In this document: piece by piece, positions 20,401-27,886 of the stretch
Numbering within the stretch: the stretch's first letter is position 1
Layout of the letters: every line of letters starts with the position of its first letter
Origin: Candidatus Woesearchaeota archaeon
GTDB taxonomy: Archaea; Nanobdellota; Nanobdellia; Woesearchaeales; SKIA01
Assembly: GCA_047602905.1 (NCBI GenBank)
Contig: JBLKOP010000005.1
Coordinates: forward strand, 1,241-65,240
Reading direction: 5' to 3'
DNA: 64,000 bases
Program-made: the position numbers and the translations under genes
Notes under the pieces: generated by a model
Seen by the model: the letters and a program-made list of their open reading frames with translations, nothing else
Databases searched by the model: none
What the model was told of the DNA's origin: nothing

Positions 20401-23400
20401 GGAATGTGACTGCAAGTAGCGTTGGTGATTATCAGTTTGACGCAGTTTCTTCTCTAAGAAACTTTACTGTTTATGGTTACATGAACCTCACACAAGCAGT
20501 TCTTGATGCCTCAAGTACTCACGTATACGGCTTGACTACACAAACCTGTACTGTGCAAGACCAGCACACAAATGTCGTTGTTGAGGATGCGCAAGTCTTT
20601 TTCTACCGAAACGCTACTCTTTTAGGTTCTAACACGACAAACGTTTCTGGACAAGCAAGCTTTATTTTCCAAACAAACAACACAGGCGTTTACGATATTT
20701 CTTGTGAAGTAGAGGACCAGCTAGGAATCTATTACTACGCAGGTGACGCTCCTACCGCTACAAACACGCTTACCATAACTCCTTTCCCAATAACACCTAT
20801 AAGTCCCTTAAACGACACCCTTGTTGATCGGGATGAAACTAACGTTTCTGTGCCTAATACTATTGAGTTAGTTGTTCAAGTTCCTAGTTACGTTCCTGAC
20901 GCAGTAACGATTAATTTTAGTAGCTCACTTATTAATCCACTCACCCAAGCACCCACTCTTCTTGGTGCTAACACGACGAGTTCAGGTACTGCTCGCCTAA
21001 ACTACAACCCACAGTCTACTTCTTACGCTGGTTTGTACGTGTGGAACGCTTCCTCAACTAACGGGTTTAGTAACGGTTCACGAACGTATCAATCAATAGG
21101 AACAACAAACACTTCTTTCTTTGATGAAACCCTCTTTCCAGGATTAGTGTATGAACAAAACGATTCAGTAACTCTGCAAGCAAACCTTACGAGTCTTGGT
21201 CCTGAGACGAGAACAGAATTAGCTACGAATTACTCCTCTCTACTCAATTTCACCCTTAGTAGCATAAACGGGGTTAATACGAGCGTAGCAACGTACAACA
21301 ACCCTTTCTGGCAATCCTCCTACTCTCTTCTTGACCTTGCTGGTGTTGGTGTGTGGAACGTAACAGCAACTGCTCAAACAAACTACTTCTTTAACTCTCT
21401 TAGTGAGCAAAGAAACTTTACTGTCTATGGGTTTATGAACCTCTCACAAACGTCTCCAAGCAACCCGCAAGCCTACGAGTTTGTTCCTCACACACAAACC
21501 TGTACTGTACAAGACCAGCACACAGCAGTACCTGTTATGGACGCACAAGTATTTTTTTATCGAAACGCTACGTTCTTAGGAAGTAACACAACAAACAGTT
21601 CTGGACAAGCAAGCGTTACGTTTGCAACAAACACGAGCGGAACTTATAACTTGTTGTGTGAAGTACAAGACCAGCTAGGAATCTACTACTACGCAGGAGA
21701 CGAACCATCCCAAACAACTACGCTTACTGTCGAGCCGTTCTTAGTAACACCAACTAATCCTATAAACGACACTTTAGTTGATAGAGACGGTTTCTTAGTA
21801 ACGCCAAACACCATTACGCTTAACGTGAGTGTCGTTGAAGAAATCCCTGCGGGAATAACGATTTATTTCTACGCAAACCTCACCAACCCATCCATAGCAG
21901 GCCAAGAAGAGCTCCTGCTAGGAACTAACACCACAACAAGTAATAACTGGGCTGCGCTAACGTACAACCCTAACAGCACTACGTATCTTGGAGAATACGT
22001 TTGGTGGGCTCAAGGAGGAGCGAGAGGAGCAAACGGTACACGAACCTTTACGCAACTAGGCTCTATGAACGTCACGTTTGCAAACAGCACGATAAACCCA
22101 GACGCTGAGTACGACAAACCAATCAACGTCACTATAGACGCTCTTTTGCAGAGTTACGGCCCTGAAACGAACACGCAATTATCTTCTTTGTACGCAGCAG
22201 CCACGAACAACACGTTCGTCATCCCTAACGGAACTAACCAAACAATCTCTCTTATGTACAACACCGTTAATTGGAGTGGCGAGTACGAGATACAAACGCC
22301 TGATACGAGAGGGTGGTGGTTTGCGCAACTAAACGCAACAGCAAACTACTTCGCTCTCGTGGACGCAGCAAGCAGAAGCTTCTTTGTAAATAACTTCCCA
22401 CCAACGCACACAACACCAATTCTTAACGCGAGTGACCACCCACAAAACTACACGACAGCAAACCTCACGGTTCATCCACAAAACGTCTTTGACGCAGAAG
22501 GAGACTTTGTCACGAACATGACTGATTGGAGAATAGCTAATCAGAGCGTCGCCGTACTCAACCTTCCTTTCCTGAGCAAAACAAATAGCACAGCAGCAGG
22601 TGCTGTTCGTGACTACACCACTTATGAGCACAACGCAACACTAGACTCAAGTGGAGTAAACCCTACGCCTACATACATAGATTCGTGTATCGTTGGTGGG
22701 TGTTACTTCTTTGATAACAACGAGTACATAGACACAACACTAACTCTTAACCCTGCAAGTACGAGCTTTACAATTAGTCTTTGGGCTCGCGTAGAAAGCC
22801 TTCCAAGCACGCTAGGAAGCAGCGTTCCTATCGTTCAGCAAGAAGACGGTACAGGAGTGGGAAGAACACTTGTAGGCCTAAGTAACAACGATGATGGTTG
22901 GTATAGCTTCTATGGAGGCGTGTTTCAGGATAGCGGAGTAGTACCTGCACTAAGTCAGTGGTATCACGTAGTGTACACGTACGATTTACCTTCAGAAACC
23001 CTTACGTTTTACATAGACGCAAATGATATTTACAGCGACCAAGCAGACCCAGAAGTAGCTGATGGTATCTGGACGCTAGCAAGACATAAGAGCGGAGCGA
23101 ATTACTATCACGGATACCTTGATCACGTACTCGTACTTGATAGAGCACTAAGTCAAGAACAAATCGCTCAGATACGCGAGGACGGACTAGCAGGAAAACC
23201 ACCAACGACCATCGTCTCAGAAGAAACAAATAAAGAAGAGGTGTGGAGCGCGTGCCTTACTCCTAATGACGGCCTTGATGACGCAGTTACTCTGTGCAGC
23301 AATGAAGTACGAATCAGAGGACTTCTAGAAGCAATCAACCCAGCTAATGACACAGTAGTTGATAGAGACGCTACAGGGCAAGGAAACGAGACTATCAACC

Positions 23401-24602
23401 TCACTGCATCAACGTTTGGTGACGCAGGAATTAACGTAAGCTTCTTTGCAGACTTAACAGACCCTCTTTACGCAGGACAAAACAATCTTCTTGTAGGATA
23501 CGCAGTTAGTAACGCAACAGGTTTTGCAACCCTCTCTTATAACCCAAACAGTTCAATTTATGCAGGTAACTATACTTGGCGCCCAGAGGAGACAAATAGT
23601 ACTACACTTAATAACAGAACCTATCTTGTTTATGGAAGTCTGCAAGCAAGTTACAACAGTACCGCTCACCCAAACAGCACGTATAACCAAACACAAACAG
23701 CGCTCTTTACACTTAACCTTACTTCTCCAGGTCCAGAAACGCCTCTTGATATTAACAACACACAGGACTTCCTCTTCGAGCAAATACTCACTCTTCCTAA
23801 CGCTACAAACGCCACGCTAACAACTACTTTTACTAATCCACACCACACAAGCAACTATACCTTTAGCGCCACAGAAACCGTTGGTGTGTGGAATACGAGC
23901 GTGTTTGCAAGCGCTCGTTTCTTCTACTCTTTAGAAGAACAACTGCGTACCTTCACGCTACGAGGAGTAAGCACTCTGGAGGTCTTTGACGAGCAAGACA
24001 TTATTCCACGAACAGTCTGGACTGGTGAAGAAGTGCTGCACTTTGCTAACTGGACGCATCTAGACGCTACTCCTGTAGATACAGGTACGTGTACATTAAC
24101 TCTTTGGAATAACACGCAGATACCGATGAGTTATAACTCCTCAAACGAGTTATGGGTTGCGAATCACAGCTATGAGTTCGCAGGGATATTCCGTTACAAC
24201 GCTACGTGTACAAGACCGTTTTACTACGACGTTTTCGACAACAATAACATCAGCATAGCAACGAACGTGAGCTTAGTAGCTAACTACTCCTCACAAGTCC
24301 TTAGCGATGCTCTACGAGAAGTAACGCTAAGGGTAACAAACCTTCGCGGGCACGTAGAAGGAAACGTAACGCTGTACACAGTACTTCACCCCTCACTAAC
24401 ACCAAGCTACAACACAGCTCCTACCGCTACACAAAGCATTACTGGAGAGTACGCAGGAGAAATTCTTGAGTGGTACTTTGCTAACATCACTGGCTTTGCA
24501 ACTCAAGAAATTGTCTTTAACGTAACAGGAGCAGGAAACTATCAAAACGACTTTGTTATTGGTGTGCGCACGCCGCCGGTAAGCGGGGAGGTGTTTGGAT
24601 GA
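11496..24602 (+). CDS. giant secreted surface protein (4368 aa) with Ig-like, prealbumin-like and LamG-like domains
   Basis: - Uninterrupted 13.1-kb ORF.
- N-terminal signal peptide MKRLLLLLLVFTLLPAALGVSGA.
- Four ~95-aa Ig-like repeats ending in D(L/T)T(P/A)P(x)(V/T) at nt ~16140-17280.
- Seven copies of a P.N.T.VDRD...LTDP...LLG.NTT..G.A.L.(F/Y).P....YAGxYxW module.
- LamG/concanavalin-like region at nt ~22600-23200 (ISLWARVE...WYHVVYTYD...FYIDAN...GYLDHVLVLDRALSQEQI).
- Cys-rich region at nt ~14600-15060.
- N-x-S/T sequons every few residues over most of the length. Confidence 0.9.
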   Translation: MKRLLLLLLVFTLLPAALGVSGAEVFIQAPTTALPGETVAVSIEAQIQGVRVISFPLEVTLIYPDQTTTTLPIQPDGQGLLTTTAYTPLQGVYELRAQASFADTQVQATHEIRVQPPPLQANITRSNDTFFFNATEEYTFNIYPLLLQAGPITQQEPVCTVTCTSCELVCAVNNAFITAQGQYRYTQILAPTSTQILTTGQSIDTQELFLLREEALIALPSKTSFVQDQTLITPEGVLEIRVLDEEELSTLPEAYSILDGQWYVRSTQPLTALNHTILAAWSLQGELLEHTTNTLQTSTGFEARIQRTGSAQLPVVTHTEHGVLVNNLTQLLRLPATATPISLSQEPELLVSRDEQGHLVYYAQEDHVLIPANLTNNTVLYARTFEPIKLPVTNASKTTILNEELEVVLAQEGTLTQWTPRVQPGRYFVLAQQEQPAVQVVDVLPAGELITSPNNNTYAAQPNTQLVIKREVRNTDTQPRTINVQLTGDSRAVLYANNKQLTDTNLNGVLDTGILRPGEAITLSAHVFIAAQQQDQTLKWTFSTPQASITRSDEIRIASESSFIQVDDVEVAQITASQASIEVVINNYDVQERVETIRLTYQTREGEDAEQFSVALPAGSSTHTFTTPPNTYQVRAELLVTDQNPSNDYRLLRFNEESGLLVHVNEYQNRAHEAFTVKVQAPLGAYQAFIPASNGSLLQVPTATLSQQARTQDLLVQLPLEKNTDVQLVLIPGEERTFNPYLILDNRDATTKGSWFSASQVPGFYGPDYLNDLNERKGDKEVVYSPVSTARYEVEIHHPGDSSFASNTRVLLGEDTVLVNQKVPSSWRYLGRYELGVDNPIIITNAASNGVVVADAFRLVRVDQYATIAQESIVTTARRGIIFDSRGREVAAQVSLREDGRDVRAGLLPRQAQANNRNYEILFEFEDEAVDNLRVHNANPSAMGLGLERVPVARAQQFTARSVVDSFAIDPQFESDYSFTRTATGRELLKCTDYDFTNQECLGSFEHVMFLTPGEKYTATLDPLDPLFVEVNDLTIPPVSAVCSDDDPANWDPSVCQGTYTNNPTCGSSGARILCDDGVVESLSGGRPDVLGVDARYADVTVDPSEQCDNILSVSLEYRWSSPTGNVNNRRVEISTEDNPTWTNPTGCSTNFGLQSCDITSYQSWSCEDFFGENTQTRARAYGWRSTGPGSHPTTVNVDYLVFVVDYEFEVQPFTSDFSSYRQGAFATFTGANVWGANEDVRINVTREGSLINQLDVLTDAEGEFSVQYEIDSYANTGSWRAVVWQLSNNSIVYDRNFTVTLRNPSVAPARTGGYYNRSETATFIGSQWANNATVLVTATDPESNEFVLDEINTTTSSTGQISYNWSVPADLSLLTGPYTFTFVEEDNSSFTRQTQAQIVILPTSATRWDSVDLLSEIYALDGTEAGVTYTGNTDGRFLNLTFPETFPEDIELNRFDFVFFYRESSGATGHHIQWWDGASWSTICTPPTSTSQTNYTCSLLGEVASDPSLANNVQIRLTDNDATSGGAGTVHTYYVDIAFLDVNFTFPRPLVDLLSPANNSWFNSTQHELFFNASNEMFDISECRLYVNEALEYTNDSFTNPGTDSYTHTFSEGVNTWRAECTDDSARQLVGESETRDIIIDLTPPSTTISTPTNNSWFNTSTPSINFTLTDNLANPVNWSVYVNNSLDNSGVATNNTAFTHTLSSLADGYYEVVVEAWDPAFNYAVNESINLYVDTTAPVVTLNDPVDTFNTSSTSVEFSWTPTDNLAPTLSCDLFVDDVSQGTFATQNGVQNQTTIPGFSDGVYNWSVLCTDIAGNSALSEVREFTVDTTPPVVLLEAPLNETVFEDTRNIQLDYNVTDNLLPVTECRLYIDDELNQTNTTITQSVTQSFFLTNLDLGVYAWNVECVDLVGNADNSSQQEFEINLTMFSTSPANGFVVDRDGGGAAPESITFVANASDEEAGTLVSFYASLLEPVVAGQENLLLGTNTTTSSGVAEFTFTPDNSYFAGNYSWFAAANRYYNDTSNDFIILGTPTISYQDVLFDPNNEYNTSQLVRLNATVTSSPESASQLQTLYGLFVNATLTQPDSTQHYVPLTGAGNLSGTYALASDAQIGLWSALLNTSASWMYPNTTSLLSRTFTVKGFAHTISPPNGTVVDRDAAGMDPETLSLVVQIPGATAGETINFTADLTDPAFSGEQGLLLGTNTTNATGHATLSFTPTSSFYAGNYTWYAVSNVSYVGNTSTLLIKGGAQLARANVSEEPASEYNQSDTVQLRFNITSVKETQEELGINYSLVTNATLQPNTSSTPTYIPTLSFDGSSWVGSQAIGLTDPVGVWRVVANTSGLFTYQNQSVEYFFTVFGLTNLTVDTFGARVYEPVTFTANYSDTLNQPINYSQTLCEIRFDILGGYTSYENMSYDSSSGLFWFSRRFNETYTDAEYNIACNDPLYEFQNVTDTFTINRTFADVLTVPGQVVDRDAAGIDSETLLLEASIVEAPEGVSIEFYTNLTDPVLGQTEVFLGANTTDASGVAVYLWNPDGTIRAGNHTLYANATYADTRNVSDAQVFAALQSVFTNPVSNPDANYTQNQTVTLHANATTVGVETSDQLNTSYALSYTAYLTSVNGQDSSALAFINPLWQASYTLLDLAGVGVWNVSINASANYHYPDSSTKNFDVFGYMNVTHSSITPTDHFVYGSAAQTCVVQDQHTAVPVEDAQVFFYRNATLLGSNTTNSTGHAQFTFQTNSSGVFDVLCEVEDQLGIYYFAGQAPNSTDSLTVLPFPITPISPANDTLVDRDETNVSVPNTLELVVEVPSYVPDGVSINFYSNLTDPLSESAVLLGSNTTSSGTARLNYNPATASYAGLHEWYATNPDATVNGTRTYESIMSSEIVFTNTTQNPNLNYTQNESVTLQANLTSLGPETRTELATNYSSLLNFTLTNQNGQTISVAFYFDPLWQSSYTLLDLAGVGVWNVTASSVGDYQFDAVSSLRNFTVYGYMNLTQAVLDASSTHVYGLTTQTCTVQDQHTNVVVEDAQVFFYRNATLLGSNTTNVSGQASFIFQTNNTGVYDISCEVEDQLGIYYYAGDAPTATNTLTITPFPITPISPLNDTLVDRDETNVSVPNTIELVVQVPSYVPDAVTINFSSSLINPLTQAPTLLGANTTSSGTARLNYNPQSTSYAGLYVWNASSTNGFSNGSRTYQSIGTTNTSFFDETLFPGLVYEQNDSVTLQANLTSLGPETRTELATNYSSLLNFTLSSINGVNTSVATYNNPFWQSSYSLLDLAGVGVWNVTATAQTNYFFNSLSEQRNFTVYGFMNLSQTSPSNPQAYEFVPHTQTCTVQDQHTAVPVMDAQVFFYRNATFLGSNTTNSSGQASVTFATNTSGTYNLLCEVQDQLGIYYYAGDEPSQTTTLTVEPFLVTPTNPINDTLVDRDGFLVTPNTITLNVSVVEEIPAGITIYFYANLTNPSIAGQEELLLGTNTTTSNNWAALTYNPNSTTYLGEYVWWAQGGARGANGTRTFTQLGSMNVTFANSTINPDAEYDKPINVTIDALLQSYGPETNTQLSSLYAAATNNTFVIPNGTNQTISLMYNTVNWSGEYEIQTPDTRGWWFAQLNATANYFALVDAASRSFFVNNFPPTHTTPILNASDHPQNYTTANLTVHPQNVFDAEGDFVTNMTDWRIANQSVAVLNLPFLSKTNSTAAGAVRDYTTYEHNATLDSSGVNPTPTYIDSCIVGGCYFFDNNEYIDTTLTLNPASTSFTISLWARVESLPSTLGSSVPIVQQEDGTGVGRTLVGLSNNDDGWYSFYGGVFQDSGVVPALSQWYHVVYTYDLPSETLTFYIDANDIYSDQADPEVADGIWTLARHKSGANYYHGYLDHVLVLDRALSQEQIAQIREDGLAGKPPTTIVSEETNKEEVWSACLTPNDGLDDAVTLCSNEVRIRGLLEAINPANDTVVDRDATGQGNETINLTASTFGDAGINVSFFADLTDPLYAGQNNLLVGYAVSNATGFATLSYNPNSSIYAGNYTWRPEETNSTTLNNRTYLVYGSLQASYNSTAHPNSTYNQTQTALFTLNLTSPGPETPLDINNTQDFLFEQILTLPNATNATLTTTFTNPHHTSNYTFSATETVGVWNTSVFASARFFYSLEEQLRTFTLRGVSTLEVFDEQDIIPRTVWTGEEVLHFANWTHLDATPVDTGTCTLTLWNNTQIPMSYNSSNELWVANHSYEFAGIFRYNATCTRPFYYDVFDNNNISIATNVSLVANYSSQVLSDALREVTLRVTNLRGHVEGNVTLYTVLHPSLTPSYNTAPTATQSITGEYAGEILEWYFANITGFATQEIVFNVTGAGNYQNDFVIGVRTPPVSGEVFG
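17280..22390 (+). repeat. intragenic tandem array of ~950-bp three-domain supermodules (youngest copies 19826-20780, 20781-21732, 21733-~22390)
   Basis: Exact shared tracts:
- ACACTCTTCTTGACCTTGCTGGTGTTGGTGTGTGGAA at 19417 and 20368, with its last 34 nt (CTCTTCTTGACC...) also at 21325.
- GTTGAGGATGCGCAAGTCTTTTTCTACCGAAACGCTAC at 19626 and 20580.
- A ~70-nt tract with 2 mismatches at 20208 and 21162.
Periods are 951 and 954 nt. Confidence 0.9.
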
Positions 24603-25432
24603 GAGTGCTTGTTCTTGGTGGGCGAGGGTTTCTTGGAGAAGCACTCGTAAACAAACTTCAAGAAACACATGAGGTGCACACTCTAGATACGAGTCTAGGA
24701 GGTGAGAAGCACATACAAGCAAGTGTTCTTGACAAACAAGCATTACGACAAGCGTTTAGTGGCTTTAGTTGTGTAGTTCACTTAGTGAGTCTCTCACCTT
24801 TACGAGAGCCAAAAATTCCTTATACAACAATTCATGTGCAAGCAACTAAGAACGTCGTTTCTGCAGCCAAAGAAGCGAACGTATCGTACGTGGTGTACGT
24901 GAGCGCTCTTGGGGCAAGTACGAACGCACCTACAAGTTTTCTTCGTAGTAAAGCACGTGCAGAGCAAGTAATTTTGCAGCACCAACAAACACTCATTATT
25001 CGTCCTTCTCTTATCGTTGATGAACAAAACGAGCTCATACGCGCCCTAAAGAAACTCTCTCTGACTCGGTTATTCGTGAACCTCCCTTCGCGAGTACAGC
25101 CAGTTGTTCGTGAAGAACTCGCAGAGTTCGTTAGCAAACAACTCACGAAGAAAACTATTGGTGTAGTAGAAGTAGCTGGCTCAGAAATCCTCTCGTTAGG
25201 AGCAATTGGTAAAATCACTTATTCTTCCCTTGGGCGCGGATGCGTCCTTTTACCTTCATGGACTGCGCGCCTATCAGCGCGTATTCTCTCGAAACTCCCT
25301 GGTAGCAGAATCGGTGCTGACCAGGTGCGCAGCCTTGATATTCATAACACCTTACAAGAACCTTCTCGTGGTGTGCGACAAGTTGTTTTACCAACGAGTT
25401 TTTCTTCCTGGGCTAACAAGACGTTCTCGTAA
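24599..25432 (+). CDS. NAD(P)-binding SDR-family protein (epimerase/dehydratase or NmrA-like)
   Basis: N-terminal Rossmann motif MRVLVLGGRGFLGEALV. The ATG overlaps the giant-gene TGA (ATGA at 24599-24602). Confidence 0.65.
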   Translation: MRVLVLGGRGFLGEALVNKLQETHEVHTLDTSLGGEKHIQASVLDKQALRQAFSGFSCVVHLVSLSPLREPKIPYTTIHVQATKNVVSAAKEANVSYVVYVSALGASTNAPTSFLRSKARAEQVILQHQQTLIIRPSLIVDEQNELIRALKKLSLTRLFVNLPSRVQPVVREELAEFVSKQLTKKTIGVVEVAGSEILSLGAIGKITYSSLGRGCVLLPSWTARLSARILSKLPGSRIGADQVRSLDIHNTLQEPSRGVRQVVLPTSFSSWANKTFS

Positions 25433-25479
25433 GGAGGTTTTTCGATGCAATTAAAAACGCGCTTCTCTTTCTGTATTAC

Positions 25480-26856
25480 ATGAGTTTTTCTCGAAGCATC
25501 GTGCTCTTCAGGCGTGACTTACGCTTGGAGGACAACACCGCGTTTCGTAAAGCAGTTATGAACAGCCAAGAAGTCCTGCCGGTGTTCATCTTTGATACGC
25601 GCCAGTACGAGAAGTCTCTTAATGCGTTCTTCTCCTCAAACGCGCTACAATTCATGATCGTTTCCTTACAAGAACTCCAAGAGCAAGTATCTTCTCTTCA
25701 AGGAGTGTTTTTGGTGTGTAAAGGAGAGCCTGAACAAGTCATTTCCTCTCTTATTAAGGAGCACGCTATTGACGCGATATTTCTTAACGAGGACGTAACG
25801 CCGTTTAGTAACAAGCGAGACGAATCTATTAAGCAAGTGTGCGCACAAGAAGACGTAGCGTTTGTCTCGTGCAGTGACCTCTTCTTAACGCGCCCTGGAA
25901 GCGTGGTTACGGGCAGTGAAGAGATGTATCAGGTGTTCACGCCGTTTATGCGTAAAGCACAAGAGCAACAAGTTCCTCCCCCAACTCCTCTTCCAAAAAG
26001 CATCTCTTGGTATACTTCAAGTGCTTCTTCGTTCTCTTTTCCTGATTACACCTCTTTAGTTAAGCGCCCTAACACTGACTTGCTTGTTACGGGTGGGCGT
26101 ACAGAAGCGCTTGCGTTACTTGACGAACTAAGCAACCTTGAAGAATACGCAGAGGTACGTAACTTTCCTAGTGTTACAGGTACTTCTCGTTTATCAGCGC
26201 ATCATAAGTTTGGAACAATAAGTGTTCGCGAAACGTACTACCGAGTAAGGGAGTTGTTTGGTGTTACTCATAAGCTTATTAGTGAGTTGTACTGGAGAGA
26301 TTTCTACAGTCATCTCGTGCACGCATACCCTGAGCTCCTTACAGAAAAAACGGAGTTTCAACAGAAGTATAGAGGAGGTTCTTGGCGCGAGGACGAAGAA
26401 GCGTTTCTTGCTTGGAGGAAAGGAAGAACTGGGTATCCTCTCGTGGATGCGGGTATGCGTGAGCTCAACACTACTGGGTACATGCATAATCGTGTTCGTA
26501 TGGTAGTTGCTAGTTTTCTTACTAAGCATTTACTTCTTGATTGGCGTCTTGGAGAGCAGTACTTTGCAAGCATGCTTACTGATTACGACCCTGCTGTTAA
26601 TAATGGTTCTTGGCAGTGGGCTGCGAGTACTGGTTGCGATGCTCAACCCTATTTTCGCGTGTTTAATCCTTGGTCTCAACAAAAGAAATACGATCCTAAC
26701 TGCGAGTACATTAAGAAGTGGGTTCCTGAACTACGTGACGCGGATGTACAGACGATTCATGACTTGGCTAACCAGTCCGTGCAAGGCTATCCAAAGCCTA
26801 TTGTTGAGCACTCCTTTGCTCGCAAAAGGGCTCTTGATTGGTTTAAGAAATACTAA
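25480..26856 (+). CDS. phr: deoxyribodipyrimidine photolyase / cryptochrome family (class I-like)
   Basis: IVLFRRDLRLEDNTAF N-terminus. FAD-binding C-terminal block TGYPLVDAGMRELNTTGYMHNRVRMVVASFLTKHLLLDWR...NNGSWQWAASTGCDAQPYFRVFNP. Confidence 0.9.
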   Translation: MSFSRSIVLFRRDLRLEDNTAFRKAVMNSQEVLPVFIFDTRQYEKSLNAFFSSNALQFMIVSLQELQEQVSSLQGVFLVCKGEPEQVISSLIKEHAIDAIFLNEDVTPFSNKRDESIKQVCAQEDVAFVSCSDLFLTRPGSVVTGSEEMYQVFTPFMRKAQEQQVPPPTPLPKSISWYTSSASSFSFPDYTSLVKRPNTDLLVTGGRTEALALLDELSNLEEYAEVRNFPSVTGTSRLSAHHKFGTISVRETYYRVRELFGVTHKLISELYWRDFYSHLVHAYPELLTEKTEFQQKYRGGSWREDEEAFLAWRKGRTGYPLVDAGMRELNTTGYMHNRVRMVVASFLTKHLLLDWRLGEQYFASMLTDYDPAVNNGSWQWAASTGCDAQPYFRVFNPWSQQKKYDPNCEYIKKWVPELRDADVQTIHDLANQSVQGYPKPIVEHSFARKRALDWFKKY

Positions 26857-26880
26857 GAAAAAAATATTTTTTTGTTAGTT

Positions 26881-27330
26881 TTATTCTGCTAAGTAACTGT
26901 ATTGTTTTGGGTCGTACTTCCACGTACGAGGGACTTTTCCTGTTGCTACGTGGTGTTTTCGTAAGCGTTGAACTTTGCTTTCTGTTAGTCCAAGGCCTCT
27001 TTTTGCTGATCGGTCTTGCTGGTTTGTTTCTATGTGTTTGCGCAGAATTACTGCTTTTCGTACGAGGTTTCGTAAGTCTTCAGGAAGCTCAAGTGGTTTT
27101 GCTACTTCGTTATATATCTCTGTGAGTTTCTTTCCTGTGCTTGCTTTTACGTCAAGTACTCCGTGCTCGTCTCGCAGGAGGTTTCCTACTTGACTTGGGC
27201 TGTTGTTCTTTGCGAGTTCGGTGATGAGTTTCGTAATGGTTTTCTCATCAGGGCTCTTGTTAGGAAGGGGTCTTCCTGTTGGTCGTTGACTCTTCGCTTT
27301 TCCTCGTGTTCGTGCGTGCATTCGTGCCAT
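26881..27330 (-). CDS. rps15: 30S ribosomal protein uS15 (archaeal/eukaryotic S13e type)
   Basis: MARMHARTRGKAKSQRP N-terminal S13e-type extension plus the C-terminal S15 fold (LRKHIETNQQDRSAKRGL). 149 aa. Confidence 0.85.
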   Translation of the reverse strand: MARMHARTRGKAKSQRPTGRPLPNKSPDEKTITKLITELAKNNSPSQVGNLLRDEHGVLDVKASTGKKLTEIYNEVAKPLELPEDLRNLVRKAVILRKHIETNQQDRSAKRGLGLTESKVQRLRKHHVATGKVPRTWKYDPKQYSYLAE

Positions 27331-27513
27331 GGTATTGTATATGTTGTTCGAGGCTGATAAGAAGTGTTTCTTCCTCCAGCGAGTAACAGCTCCTCACCGT
27401 TACTCCTCTCGGTGTACGCAAGGAAAAACGGTGTTTCTTTATAAGTTCTTCTGTAGGTGTCACTGCTCAGGAAGCAAGAAGGTTTATAAAAGAGTCTTTT
27501 CAGTAATTCATGT

Positions 27514-27852
27514 ATGGCTGACGTAAAGTACCATACAGAACTCGCTACTTGGCAGAAATACCTTATCGCACTTATTATGGTTGTCGTAATCGCTATTGCG
27601 AGTATGATTGCTGTCTCTGATGTTCTTGGTGTAGAAATACTTGGTTTGTTCGTGTGCATCGTTGGTGTACTGCTTCTTAGCTTAGCACTTGTTCGCACAA
27701 ACGACGATTTATTACTTATTGCTCAGCACCCAACAAAAAAGGATATACAAATGATTATTACGCACATGGCTACTGAGCGTTTTCAAATCATGCTTGCGTT
27801 GTTCTTACTCATCCTTGGTTTCTTATTGCAAATCGTAGGTGTTGTTTTCTAA
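27514..27852 (+). CDS. small integral membrane protein (3 predicted TM helices)
   Basis: Hydrophobic segments LIALIMVVVIAIASMIAV, GLFVCIVGVLLLSLALV and MLALFLLILGFLLQIVGVVF. No family recognised. Confidence 0.45.
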   Translation: MADVKYHTELATWQKYLIALIMVVVIAIASMIAVSDVLGVEILGLFVCIVGVLLLSLALVRTNDDLLLIAQHPTKKDIQMIITHMATERFQIMLALFLLILGFLLQIVGVVF

Positions 27853-27886
27853 ACGCTTATATACGTTGTTAACACAAGTTTTTTTT

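Noticed and set aside
11496-24602. Diversity-generating retroelement (DGR) targeting the giant surface gene, as reported for some DPANN and CPR genomes
   Set aside because: No reverse transcriptase ORF and no separate template repeat are present in the window. The mismatches between repeat copies that I inspected (for example C/G at 20237 versus 21191) are not adenine-specific.
27381-27405. Stem-loop GAGTAAC-N11-GTTACTC in the rps15 divergent spacer as a possible ncRNA or riboswitch
   Set aside because: It is a single 7-bp hairpin with no further conserved structure, no C/D or H/ACA boxes and no tRNA-like arms. That is insufficient evidence.
27186-27698. 170-aa minus-strand ORF spanning the rps15 start and the divergent intergenic region
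   Set aside because: It overlaps the well-supported rps15 and the plus-strand membrane ORF. Its composition is Thr/Ser/Arg-rich shadow-frame sequence, with no motif.
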